Assembly: GCA_964016885.1 (NCBI GenBank)
Contig: OZ024745.1
Coordinates: forward strand, 42,594,001 to 42,658,000
Direction: 5' to 3'
Source: Eledone cirrhosa
Taxonomy: Eukaryota
Length of the DNA: 64,000 nt
Position 1 is the stretch's first letter. Every line of letters starts with the position of its first letter. The notes beneath the pieces were generated by a model. The model was not told where the DNA came from, did no database searches, and worked only from the letters and a program-made list of their open reading frames with translations. Positions 46,343 to 60,030 of the stretch are shown here, one piece after another. The translations under genes and the position numbers were made by a program.

Positions 46343-46562
46343 AACGTGAAGACTAAAATCCGAAAAGGGCTCGATAGGGATTATATACATATATGAAATA
46401 TATGTATATATAAAACCGATAGAGCAAATATCTATTATATATACAGATTAAAGTTTCTGCAAAGAATCGCTTCTCTCACCCTTTTACGGGATCTTCTGAA
46501 ACCCAGAGAAGATCCGGTAAAAGGGTGAAAGCAGCGATTCTTTGCTTAAATTTTAATCTGTA
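46340..46562. mobile_element. Family C foldback element with tail, (TA)n-flanked
   Basis: Arms are 46442-46497 and 46507-46562. The tail at 46341-46375 is shared with 15306-15340. Confidence 0.8.
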
Positions 46563-46898
46563 CATTATATATATATATATATATATACGAACTATATATA
46601 TATATATATAGTTCGTATTAGTAATCCCGCGTGTGATGGACTAGTTTTTTTTATTTTTATGTTTTTTATTATCTTTGCAATGTATCATACTGAAGTGTGT
46701 CTAGATGGATACTTTAGTTAGGTTACGTAGCCATTTTGGAAGGGAAGAATGTGATGAAATTTGGTGAATAAAATTGTGCACTCCATGCTGTTTGTCCGTT
46801 GTGTTTTGTATACTAAAGTTGGGCACAGGTCGTTCAATAAATTTCCATTTTCACATACATATACACAATGAAAACACACACACACAAACACACACACA

Positions 46899-46960
<62 letters not shown>

Positions 46961-47729
46961 ATCTCCCTCTCACACACAAACACACACACACACGCAAATG
47001 CACACAGACACACACATTCACACATGCACATATATACACTCAGGTACTAATATACTACTATACGTCCACACAGTGCATTAAAAACAGTATTAACACACAC
47101 GTATCTAACCTATTATTGGACATAGAAATGTTCAATAAAGCTGCTGCAAATATAATAGAGCCCTAGATAGAAGTTGAAATACATACAGAAACCCATATCA
47201 AATAATATGATATATGTATAATATGATACATATAGACGCAGAAATATAATCTGGTGCAACCTTTTGTGTAGTTAAAATGTATCCATAAACGAAGCTAATA
47301 TTTTTCTAACACTGCATTTCTCTACTTCATATAGATATCAGAAAATTTCCAATACAAATTCTATTAAACCTAGCTACAGCTGAATATAAACTCTCAAATC
47401 TCCAACCACAAACTAAAAAACACCTTAAACAATCTAGTAAGAATAAAATTCGATAGCTATAGTTGTCGTCAAAATATAGCTTGCTCTGATGCGTTTAACT
47501 TATACTTTTTTTATCAATGATATATTAGTGAACTGCCATACATTTATAAATGAGGAGAAATCATATGCTCATATTTTTTTCATGACATTAGCAACATAAT
47601 TTATGTGAAATGACAAAAAGTCATGAATATAAATCCGGTCGCAGAATAAAGTTTATTGATATATCTACATTACTAACTATAGGAATGAATTTGTGAAATA
47701 TTGATTTTTTTTTTTAATAGTGACAAATG

Positions 47730-48030
47730 TGTGGAAGCATGGCCGAATGGTTAAGAAGTTTGGGCCTACAGTGTGGCTTCTTTAGCAAGTGTTATTTACC
47801 AGGAGTCTCAAGTCGACCCATGTCTTATAAGTGAAATTGGATAGACGGGGGATGTTTGGAAACCCGTCGATGGGACTGTGTGATGCTGAATATCTCCGAG
47901 AATTACGTTAAAGGTACATGTGTCTGTGGGATGCTTAGTCACTTACGCGTTAATTTCATGAGCAGACTATTCCGTTTTGCGAAATGCTTGAACACTCATC
48001 GTCGAAACTGGTGGAGGTCCATTAGTCGCC
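47730..48030 (+). mobile_element. Degenerate tRNA-derived SINE (second family)
   Basis: Head reads GCATGGCCGAATGGTTAAGAAGTTTG and the body reads GTGAAATTGGATAGACGG...GAAACCCGTCG. Confidence 0.55.
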
Positions 48031-48310
48031 AGGACCTTACATATTTGATGAAGGAGAAATAAAAATTTGCCTTGAAGCCTTTCTTTAAGAGCTTCAGAGG
48101 AGGAGAGAGTGATAAGGAGAAAGTGAGAGAAAGATATAGAAGGAGAACCAACCCCAGTATTAGACTGGTACTTTTTTATCAACCTCGATGAAAGATGAAA
48201 GATGAAAGGCAAAGTTGACCTCAGAGCTATTTGAACTTAAAAGGCAAAGAGCAGGAACGAATACCGCAAAGCATTCTCTATCCGACGTTCTATCACCGCC
48301 TCTCAATATA

Positions 48311-48521
48311 TCGTATATACTTGAATATAATCCATTCCGAATATAAGCCGACTCCTTATTTTTTGTCTGAGAAATAGTAAAAAATCAAAACCTCATTTAT
48401 AAGCCGAGGCGGCTAATCAACACATTGTTTAGATGGCATATATAAGCCGATCCCCCACCTACCCATTTTACCATCGATTTCTTGGTCACATGTTCCTCGG
48501 CTTATATTTTAGTATATACGG
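48311..48521. mobile_element. Tc1/mariner-superfamily MITE
   Basis: Ends are TA|tCGTATATACTtgAATATAA and TTATATTttAGTATATACGG|TA. Internal ATAAGCCGA repeats are present. Confidence 0.7.
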
Positions 48522-48757
48522 TAAATAAAAGAACATTATATAATTATCAGTAATTAAGTAATTAGATGATCGATGATCCAACAGAACTAGTAAAACATCA
48601 GACTGGGTGTCTCAGTGTTTCGCTTTTAAGCTCCACATTCTGATTTCAAATTCCACCGGGGTTGATTTTTGTATTTAATCTGTAGTCTGGATTCAACTGA
48701 CTAAACATCTCTTCGAAGAAAATGAACATTGAATCAAATAGTTTTGTCAATAATTAA

Positions 48758-48811
<54 letters not shown>

Positions 48812-48813
<2 letters not shown>

Positions 48814-49230
48814 TAAAATAACAGATTAAAGTTTAATCAAAGAATCGCTGCTTTCACCCTTAACGGGATCTTCTGAAACTAACAAAGTCAATCTGTAAAC
48901 GCAGAACTGGATATTTCAAAAAACGTTGCAACCGGAGGAAGACAGGAAGACGATACTTTGGTTCGTGGTAACGTTCGCTGGCAAAGAACGGGAAAAAACG
49001 AATAAGATACGTCATTAATAGGAGCGGTGAAAAACAATTACGCGCAAAGACAGAACCACGTTTATGGTATAAAAGAGGTCGTAGACTAATGTTCTCTTAG
49101 GTGGTTCATAGAGACGTTCTCTGGCAATGAACGAAAAAACGAAGATAATACGTCATATGTGGAGCGTGGAGAACAATAGCACGCAAAGACAAAACTACGT
49201 AAATGGTATAGCAGAAGTCTTAGACTAAAA
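48812..49230 (-). mobile_element. Family C element, longer copy, with hammerhead-like motif at 48830-48880 and upstream approximately 118-bp direct repeats
   Basis: 48815-48905 is nearly identical to 50061-50151. The direct repeats are 48971-49089 and 49114-49228. Confidence 0.65.
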
Positions 49231-49999
49231 TTCTAACTGGGAGACCGAATTAATCTCCGCTACAGAGTTAAGAACAAAGTAAATAAATACATAAGTAATA
49301 TAAATAAATAAATACATACACGCAAACAAATACGTACATACACAAGCATACGCAAAACACTTACCATAGGTATACAAAACCACACGCATATAAATATGTG
49401 TGTGTGTGTGTATGCGTGTAAACAAATAAATAAATAAATAATATATAAACGTATATAAATAAAAACGTAAATAACAAGCGCAAACACATACCTACATGTA
49501 AATACACGAATGTTCGGAGACGAAAGTCAACCAAAACATGAAGTACACATATACACACACCCTACATACGTACGAACCTGCATACTCACACAGACGCAAA
49601 ACTCCCGTATACACATAGCCAAACCATATGTACCAGAATAAAAAAAAATAAAAAAAGTTTATAGGCCATAACATAAACAATCAAATATACATACGAGAAG
49701 GTATACGTACCTTCACGAAACATACGGGTAAACATACTTACCTATGCAAATAAGTAATGGTATAAACAAAACATATACTTAGCTCCCACATCAAGACGTA
49801 TATTATCCACGTATAGATCGTACTATCCATTAGGGTATAACGTGGGGCTGTAATACAGGAAAGTTTTGTGCAATTTATGTTTACAAGCCGAAATTGCCTC
49901 AGATTTTTTTGTTTAAGATGTGGTCTGTGGCGTAGAGTATTTCCAGGGCCTCAGCGGCGCAGAGGTCACAAGGTCTTTTATTTCCGTTATACGATCTAG

Positions 50000-50062
<63 letters not shown>

Positions 50063-50066
50063 TATA

Positions 50067-50142
50067 ACAGATTAAAGTTTAAGCAAAGAATCGCTGCTTT
50101 CACCCTTAACGGGATCTTCTGAAACTAACAAAGTCAATCTGT
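50067..50142 (-). ncRNA. Hammerhead-like motif with variant core CAGAAGA (family C)
   Basis: The fold is ACAGAUU..AGUUU-CAGAAGA-U(CCC-GUUAA-GGG)U-GAA-AGCA(GCGAUUCUU)UGCU-U-AAACU..AAUCUGU. Confidence 0.6.
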
Positions 50143-50173
50143 AAACGCAGATTATATATATATATATATATAT

Positions 50174-50365
50174 ATAACGAAGGAGTTGTGGTAAGGAACT
50201 AGATGGACCATAACGCACCAGAGTACTCAATACTTAGGGTAGTAGAGTGGGTAATAGGAAAATGTATGACCCCGACAGCAGAGCTCAAGCCGTTTAGACG
50301 GCTATTTCAGTCCAGAAATAGCCATCGAAACGGCTTGAGCTCTGCCGTCGGGGTCATACATTTTC
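50174..50365. mobile_element. Family B foldback element (second copy)
   Basis: Similar to 16003-16212. The palindrome at 50258-50365 is centred on a stem-loop preceding GAAAC. Confidence 0.8.
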
Positions 50366-50379
50366 ATATATATATATTA

Positions 50380-51584
50380 TCTATATATATAAAACTGTGG
50401 TTGTCTGTCTGTCTATCGATTTTTGGCACACATCTCCTCTTAGAATCTCTCACGGAATTGCACCGAAATTGCTATACTTGTACATTGAGCCCTAGCGAAG
50501 ACATCGGAAAAAAAAATATTTCAAATTGACCCACCCTATGTGACGAAATCGAATATAATGTATCGATTTTTGAGCGTAAGTTATCAGTTATTTCCCTTTG
50601 TTCTGTTTACATTGAGCGTCTTACGTAAAAAATTACGCTGGCTTTCTCAGCGTTTAAAATGACATTAACACAATACACGAACACTAAGCTTCCGTTTTGC
50701 TTCATTTCCATTTAAAAGCATTTTAAAACAATATTTTTACTTGAAAACAAGTCTATTTAAAGACTACGTAAAACAAGCAAATATTTCGTCGTTAGGCGTG
50801 CAGACAGACAGTCGTGCAGACAGACAGTCGTGCAGAGAGGTGATATACGCGTGCAGACAGACAGTCGTGCAGAGAGGTGATATAGGCGTGCAGACAGACA
50901 GTCGTGCAGAGAGGTGATATAGGCGTGCAGACAGACAGTCGTGCAGAGAGGTGATATAGGCGTGCAGACAGACATAACTGATAATTTGGTTACGCTAATG
51001 TTTTTCTCTGCGTTGCAGTGTTTACATTTTCGATCTTTGTTAATAAATAACCAGTGCAGTTTTTATCCCCAACATCCTCTTTTGTTATAACATTCGGGTT
51101 ATCGTTATGTTTTCTTAACTTCATAAGGCATATTGTTGGTTGAGGGAATATTAATCAAAAACACCACATGCAAGTCTGCACCGTAGACACTACAGTTTTT
51201 AAGCCAAAAAAGAAACTTAACATTGTAACTTTAACACAGCTACTGAGCGACCCCGAGCAACGCCGGGCTTTACTGCTAGTAACTGATAATTTGGTTACGC
51301 TAATGTTTTTCTCTGCGTTGCAGTGTTTACATTTTCGATCTTTGTTAATAAATAACCAGTGCAGTTTCTATCCCCAGCATCCTCTTTTGTTATAACATTC
51401 GAGTTATCGTTATGTTTTCTTAACTTCATAAGGCATATTGTTGGTTGAGGGAATATTAATCAAAAACACCACATGCAAGTCTGCACAGTAGACACTACAG
51501 TTTTTAAGCCAAGAAAGAAACTTAACATTGTAACTTTAACACAGCTACTGAGCGACCCCGAGCAACGCCGGGCTTTGCTGCTAG
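50380..51584 (+). mobile_element. Non-autonomous Helitron with an internal 37-bp minisatellite (50793-50972) and a tandemly duplicated 3' end
   Basis: The 5' end is A|TCTATATATATAAAA. The 3' end is a CCCG-AGCAACGC-CGGG hairpin followed by CTAG|T at 51279 and again at 51584. Confidence 0.85.
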
Positions 51585-53249
51585 TATATTATAATTCTTT
51601 AATTATTTCTTAATTGTGGCTTGATTTCCGCGCAATGCACCCTCGTAAGTGAACGTTAGTTTTAATTATTTTCGAGTTCCATGACCGGCTTAGTTTGAGC
51701 TATATATTTCTATCTATATATTCCTATCCATAGACCTACCTAGCGAACTAGCTAGCGATGTATCTATGTATCTATCTATTCAAATATCTATATAGCCTCC
51801 TACCTCTTCTGCGACTAGATTGGTGCTGTTTCGATGAAGAAAACATAATCAAGGCATGCTAGCCGTTACTCTCTCTCTCTTCTTTCTTAGGTATATTCTA
51901 TCCCGGACTATACAATCTCATGAGTCGCTGTCGAGTGTGGTCTGAAAGAGATTTCAATTTTTTTTTTTTTTCAGATCGAGTGACTATCTAAAAGCTCCCT
52001 CAGTAATATAGTGATTTAGTCAACTCAATAGCTCCGATCTGGCCTCTATTTTTAGAATCGACTATCGCCACTTCCTTGTGGAGTTATTTGTTTCCTGTCC
52101 TCATCAGATTTTAACCCTGTTCACACCTACTTCCCGATAATGAAGAGAATTCGAAATAAATGTTAGAAAAAAAAACGTTTGACTTCTTTAATATTCAGTT
52201 CGATATTTGTACAAAGATTGGATTTCTTTAAAGTCATAATGACATAAAATTTATATTCAACATTTTCATTTGAATTTCATAAAGTTACTTGTGTTTCTTA
52301 CGTTTTCTTGGCCACAAGCAAAAAAAATAAAGTTCTTAATTAATTAAAACTTCTTTCTTAATTGGAGAAAGAAAACAAAGCCACTCCTTTAATTACTCTA
52401 AAGTTTCATCTTTGTCGCAGTTTTATCTTTCTTTCACTTTTATTTATTCATTCCTTAAATCTTATTTTCTTCTTTATTTTCGTTCTGTGATGTATTTCTC
52501 GCTGGTTTCTCTTTAGTCGGTTCTAGTTGCATATCATCATTTTTTTCTTTTGTTTTTGTTTTTTTGTCTCTATATGAAAAGGTTTTCAGCCCCTCGTTAA
52601 ACCCTTTTCCATTTCTGGCAAAATAGAAGTTGTAAATGGATCTCAACAAGCCTTACTCCAGAGGGGGGGGAGGAGAATCTACTCAGGTACTTGATTGACT
52701 ATATATATTTATCAAATCCGAAAGGACGAGAGGCAAAGTTGACCTTAGAGAGATTTGAACTCAGAGTGCAAAAACCCAGAACAAACACCGTAAAAAATTC
52801 TCACCGACGCTCTAACGACTCTGCCAATTTGTTCTCTCTTCATTAAGTAAAAACTGGGAAATAAGAAATCAAATCCTATTGTACTATATTCTTTTTATTT
52901 CCATCTATTTATTCATTTATTTATTTCCATTCCAATCACAGGTATTATCTAACTAAATCGTCTCTTCGTTCCGCCATCAGCACCGCCTCACTCCAGTGCA
53001 CCATCACCCCGCTGCTTGCCCCCGTCTATCTCCTTACTGCCTAGCTACGTTGAACAAAATTTCTATTAGTTCTGCATTAGTTTGCTATCAACCACCGTTT
53101 GTAACCAAATGACTAATCACTTACCAAGGCAATACAGTGAACACTCGGTAGACAGTCGTATAGTTTAGTCCGCTGCTAACATCAATAGAGTCCATTCATT
53201 AAACAACGGTGTCCTTAGCCACAGTTGATGGTTTCATTCACGCAAATAA

Positions 53250-53663
<414 letters not shown>

Positions 53664-55367
53664 AATAGTAATTTCGGTGCCTTGTATGACTTTTAGTCAT
53701 TATACTTCCTACTGCTTTTCCCCAGTTTTTCTCTTTATTACCACACCCCTACTCATTCGTCCACCTTCCACCTTTTCCCTTTTCACTCTAAACACTCTCA
53801 TTTCTCACTGCCTTTTCCCACCACTTATTCCGCCCACCACGGTTGGCAGGTGTCTTTGACGCTGCCAAACAGTGTCACATCAGTTAATTTCTAATTAGTC
53901 ATCAGAGAAAAACTAACATTATGTCAACAAAGAGTTCATTGGTCAAGCGAGTCAACTGTTTACCATTTCAGGACGCTAACCATACGACTATATCGATCTG
54001 TCAACAGTCAATCTGTATCACATTTCATCGACTTACCAATTGAATTGTCACTGACAACATCGAACAACATAGTTTCATCTGGAACCGTATCTAATTTCTT
54101 CTGCAAACTAAAGCTAAATCCCAACAAGAGACCAATCAGCCAAATGTATTTTGTTTCTATTAGCAATCTTGGGGTTAATGTTTTAAATCCTGACTTCTCT
54201 TCCACTGTCGATGCTCAAATATCAGTTAAACTTACAGCCTTTTTTTGTTGCATAGACAAAAGGGGAAGAGTAGCACCCATGATTGGGTAGATGAAAATTT
54301 CGCTGGGTTTCCTCGCAATAGGATCGAAGCTGAAATAATGTAGTTGCAAAGCACACTTTCTAACCCCTCAGTCATGCATGTACGACCCAGTCTCAAAGAT
54401 TCATTCACAAGTATGTATCTATAGGTCCAGTAGTCAACTCTGATGTTGGTTGAGTTAAATGAATGAGAAGTAAATTACCCCCATTCTCCGGAAAGAACGC
54501 TACTCTATCATCAATAGATTTTTTTTCGCCGGAAGAATTTAGCTCTGTACCACAATCCAACAAATCTGACAAATTGGCAGAGTGGTTAGAATGGGGAATA
54601 GAATGTTTTACGGTATTCGTTTCAGCCCTCTGCGCTCTGAGTTCAAATCCTGCCAAGGTCAAATTTGCCTTTCGAGGTTGATTAAAAAATGTGCCAGGCT
54701 CTTTTCCTCTATATCTCTTTTTCACTTCTTTTCTCTTCTTCTCTAGAAGAAATCAGAAGAAATAATGTGTATAATATATATTTGTGCGTTACTTGTGTAA
54801 CTAAATACTGCTAGAAAACCCGTTAAATTAGCTTACATCGATTTCTCTCCAAAAATGTTTTTAAAAAATGATTATCTTATTCAACAAATGTTTATGCTGT
54901 TGAAATTTGAAAGATATCAAAGTTGATCACTTGGATGAACAGTTTGCAACAATTTGCTCTGATGATCTTAATTCGCTTAAGTATATTGGCTTTTGTGTTG
55001 GAAATTTTTAGCCATAAATCTTCCAGTTCCTTAATTACTCAGTTTTCACATCCATTTCTTCGGAAATTCTATAATATGTTTAACGATATGCGGTAATCAC
55101 CTTGGAAATCCTAATAAGGTTGTTAACAATATAGAATCAATAAAAGCGATTTCTCGCAAAGACAGAAGCTTTCAAATTGATATGGGAAATTAGATTTTAC
55201 GATGTTCATGTTTTAAGAATGTAAGCAAAGTCATATGTTTACGACAGGTTACAAAAACAGATTACAGACTCAGAACTCCGAAATCTTACCCTGGTTTCCA
55301 GACTCAAGAAACACACACACACACACCACACCACACACACACACACACACACACCACACACACACAA

Positions 55368-55404
<37 letters not shown>

Positions 55405-55468
55405 TACATACATACATACATACATACATACATACATACATACATACATACATACATACATACATACA

Positions 55469-55499
<31 letters not shown>

Positions 55500-55759
55500 G
55501 CGCATGGATGAAAAAAGAAAATTGAGAAAGAACTCAAGCATATTTCGGTTGTTTAGCGCCCAATTATATTTGTTATATTTTACATTGGCACAAGCTTTAT
55601 AAGGGAGGAATACTGTCCATTGAACTGAGAATGCCAGTATTATGTTGTCAATGCAAGTGATAAAAGAATAAATTGACCTCGGCTGGATTTGAATGCAAAG
55701 AAATGTTATCCGTAGTCCAAATGATGCGGTCACCCAATTCTTTTCATAAGATCTACTTA

Positions 55760-56105
55760 TAAAAGGTAAAGAGTAAATATCCCCTTTAGTCACGAATGAC
55801 AATGGGATTTGCACCTAGAAGTTTCCTTCTCCGAGGCATGTCCGGGAAGGTTGTTTGTGGAAGTCCAGCAGTGACCCATGCATACCAGTCGCCCCTCTCC
55901 ATGCCATCGATGTTGTCCAAGGGAAACGCAAAGACCAATACAGCTTAGCACTAATGACGTCGCAACTCATTTCTACAGATGAGTAAACAGGAGCAACGTG
56001 AAATAACGTGCCTTGCTCAAGGACACCACACATCACGCATCCGGGAATCGAACTCACAATCTCACGATTGTAAACCCAACACTCTAACCACTAAGCCATA
56101 CGTCT
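55760..56105 (-). mobile_element. tRNA-derived SINE with a GTGTCCTTGAGCAAGGCAC central motif (third family)
   Basis: The minus-strand head is TATGGCTTAGTGGTTAGAGTGTTGG...GAGTTCGATTCCCGG (A/B boxes). Confidence 0.8.
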
Positions 56106-59100
56106 TCATAAGACCTACATATAATTCTCGGTTATTCATCAGTCTCATTTTCTTAATCTTACAGAATAAATCATGTCTCAACGACTATCCTCAGCATAAA
56201 TGTAATGGACACATCTTACTTACATATTTAGTTCCGTTCCTCGAAAATCTTAGTATTCTATTTATCTAATATTGATGAGTGGATCAATTTATACTACAGA
56301 AATGAACCATGTATTTAATGAAGGCAGGGTGTAATGTGATCGGGGGAGGCTAAAATAACAGTGTGGAACTTAATCCTTTACTGAACTTAGTTTCATCTTT
56401 TTACAGTGTGTTTAAATACCCCCATGTTGCCTAGGGTATAAAAGTATGTAGAAATGATAAAATGACATTCGAACCCAATCAATCGATTATACGTATGTAC
56501 CTAGAACCAAGTTAGTGAATTATTAGAGATGAGGCAAACATGATGCAAAATGAAATATACTCCCAACCAATCGACTTTGTCACTAGTTGAAGTCATTTCA
56601 CTTCCTGTATATTACTAATGCTCTTCAAAATATGCATAAATGTGGCATAATCTCATTTCCCTTTTCCGATGAATACCTCTCCCTTGGCTTACATTATAAA
56701 TCAATGTGATGAAATGAGAAAGCAATAAATATTTATATACGTATGAAGTCTAGAAAAAATATTATGCTGTGTTCAAAGATACAAACTTGCATAACAGACC
56801 CTAGAAGCTGATCTACTCGATAAATGTGTCGCAAACAGAGCATAAATTTCGTGACGTTTACGTTAATTAAATGAGTATTTTCGAACAAAGATTATTCACT
56901 GTCGAGAATAGTCCAACAAGAATATCATAAAAGACCACTAGCGACACCTGGAAAAAAAATCAACACCTCGGCAACTTGCAATGAACCAAGTGGTATTGTT
57001 TATGTTCAATGTCATGGTGGGGAAAACCAGTGCAATACCAACATTAAGGAGCACGCGAAGCAAATATGCTTAATACAAAGGTTAACTAATGTTCTTCAAA
57101 TGAGTTTGATGCATGGTTTTAATAATCAAGTGCTGATGTTGCAGAACATTCTGTCAGCACTGTTACACTGACGATGGATGAAGCAACTGATCGTCGCCTT
57201 ACACACAATAGAGAATGTTCACCGTTCTACAATAGATTGAGTTTTATTTTTCACAATTTATTTTACATTTTCACCATCTGTCGCTGCTGCTCTGTATAAT
57301 TATTACTAAAGAATAACACGTTTTATCCTTTTATTGGCTGTAATCAATCATACACGGGAAAGGTATTCATTGATTATTTATGTCTATTTCGCTTTTTTTA
57401 TTTACCTTTTCCTTGAGCAAACAAAGTTTTGACAAAAACAAAATGTAAAAGCAAAAGCGAAGTTGTTCTCCACACATAAATCATCCTTCGAGTGTGAAAC
57501 AATATTTTTTTTCTGCTTTTCTCGATTTCTGCAATCAAACTGTGCACATTCTGGTGTAAAGTCCAGTGAGTTAGAAGAGTGTCTGGCTGTAAAGTCTTAT
57601 ATACCATGTAAGTAACCAGCTATGAAAAATACTCTTCTTAGTAGCAATTAGCAGTAAATTGTAAAATATTGGAGCAATACTCAAGAGTGAATTAATTTAA
57701 CTTTAAGATATAGTATTCTATATGACATTCTAATATATATTTATATTCTCAAGTAATTCACTTTATCACTCATGAGGCAGCTTTCTTGCATTTCCTTTTG
57801 ACTCATATTTAACGTTGAATCTCAGCAAGTATTTAGCATTTTATAACGTGCTTAATACTCTTATTAATAAGAAGAACAGTTAATATAATAATAAAATAAT
57901 ACATTGAAGACCAACAGCTTTCTACGAAAAGAACAAGAAATTTCCATTTTCATTGATATGGAAAGCTGGCGATATCTTAAGTTTATTTTTGGCAAATCAT
58001 GCTAGAATGGAAATTATTTATAGTTTGCTAATCAACAATATAGAGATTAGAAAAATGATTTATATAAAGTTAGGCTTAATTTTTGTTTGTTGAGATAGTG
58101 ACATTTTAAATAGTATAGTTAAAAGTTAAGTACTTCATGAACCCAGAGGCTAATAATACCGGAACGTATTCAATTTTCATGTGACATTAAACAAGTGAAA
58201 GTAAAATACGAGACGCCAGTCTGTTGCAACGTTAACCCTAACTGCTGCTGCAACTATTGTTCTTACTACTGTTGGTGGTGGTATATTTTTCAATTGAGTG
58301 AACGTGAAATGAAGTGCCTTGCTCAAGGACGCAATATGCCACACGGTCTTACAATGGTGAGCTCAAGATCCCAACAACTAAACAACAATTGCATCTACAT
58401 GGACACGAGTTACATAAATTGATGTTCATAGGTAAAATAATATGTAAGGTAACACATTATAACAAAAATAGAATATGATTCTCTTTTTATTCTTACCTGC
58501 CATTGAATGCTTAAGTATCAGTATTTAGATTTTAAAAAAAAAAAAACAAGAAATATTCACTGGACTTATTTAATTGTTAAAAAGTGTGTGCTTTTTTCTT
58601 ATTTGTTTTTATTGTTGTTTTTGTTGATTTATTATGAGAGAGAGAATTATATTCTCAATTGATGTTTCTATCCAAATAATGTGTTGCATTATACTAAGTA
58701 ATTGTGATAAAAATCGCGCCGTGATTTTACTGAAGATGACCTGATCTAATATTAAGATGGAGAGGTCCTTAGCAAAATTAAAATAAAGTAGATTCTAAGA
58801 ATATAAGCGACTTAGTGAGCGATTTCGAAAACAGCGATAAATGCCCTCAAACACGGACGTTTTAAGTAGGTAACGACAAAGTTAAATAAGCAGCGGTTTC
58901 TTAGTAATATATATTTTTGCTCAAATAATTCTCAATAAGCTTTCTTGAGAAATTCTTATGAGAATTCTCGGACTCAAAAAGTAATCATAAAATGTTAAGA
59001 AATAAATGGTTTTGTCGAAGAATATTGGTTAAGAATTGAAAAGAAATCGTACAATGAGTACCACTTCAAAAGAAATGGTACAATGATCACCACTTCCTGA

Positions 59101-59892
59101 CTAGAGCCTTTCTCTCTTCTTTTTTTCTTCTTTTTTTTTGTATATAATTCTTTGAGTAGTCACAATAAACATGCCTAAACAAGTAGCTTTCCTTGTGATT
59201 TTTTATATATATAAAAGATTCGTAAGCGTTTAAATTGTAAAACTGATTACCTATCCATATATTTTCATAACCTTTGTTAATACTGAACGCGATTAATTTT
59301 AATTTCACTGAGGATTTATATTAAACTGAGTGGGACAAAGTCAAATTGTGCTGAAGAGGAACTTTCAAGTTAATTAACTGAAATCAAGTATTGCAGTTGC
59401 CTGAAATTGATAAATATAAGCTCTTTTCGTGTAAAGAAACAATAATTCTTCTACAGATATAATAACTGTCGGCCGAAACATTTACATTAAACGCTGCTTC
59501 AGTACCATCTGATTTTTTTTAAATTCATCTGACGCAAACAACGATGGCTGGAAATGATAGCAAAACAGTATCATCATCATCACCACCATCATCATCACCA
59601 TCATCATCAATTCCGCTTTCTCATCATGACAGCTGTTATAGTAATTGTAATAGATTTTCAGCATTGACTCAAGACTAAAGCCTTCAGTAAGGAGGGTGTA
59701 GTTGATTTAACTGACCCCAGTATGTAATTGGGGCACAGTAGCATGGAATGATAAAAATCAAAGGCAGCACTGCCGGAATTTGAAGTCAGAATATGAAGGA
59801 ACGCAAAAAAGTATTGTAAAGCATTTTGTCTACCATCGTCTAAGTAATAATAGTAATGATGATCATGATCATGACGATAATAATAATATTAA

Positions 59893-60030
59893 TAATTGTT
59901 TCTACTTTTAGCACAAGGCCAGCAATTATCCCAGTGCATTACTGGTGTTTTATTTTATCGACCCCGTAAGGATGAAAGGCAAAACTAACCTCAACGGAAT
60001 TTGAACTCAAAACGTAAAGAGCCACAACTA
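59893..60030 (-). mobile_element. tRNA-derived SINE
   Basis: Consensus match. Confidence 0.85.

Noticed and set aside
50793-50972. Regular 37-bp repeats resembling a CRISPR array
   Set aside because: No unique spacers, eukaryotic context and internal to a Helitron; it is a simple minisatellite.
52085-52112. CUGAUGA-GGACAG-GAAA on the minus strand
   Set aside because: No stem I, II or III pairing; likely a chance core-like match.
54037-54330. Minus-strand exon-like segments with GTAAGT donors
   Set aside because: The upstream acceptor falls in a decayed SINE head, all three frames of the 54237-54330 segment are open, and there is no recognisable protein similarity.
56875-57171. About 99-codon open frame on the plus strand
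   Set aside because: No start or splice context and no recognisable domain.
59351-59400. CUGAAGA...GAAA on the plus strand
   Set aside because: No convincing stems I or III.
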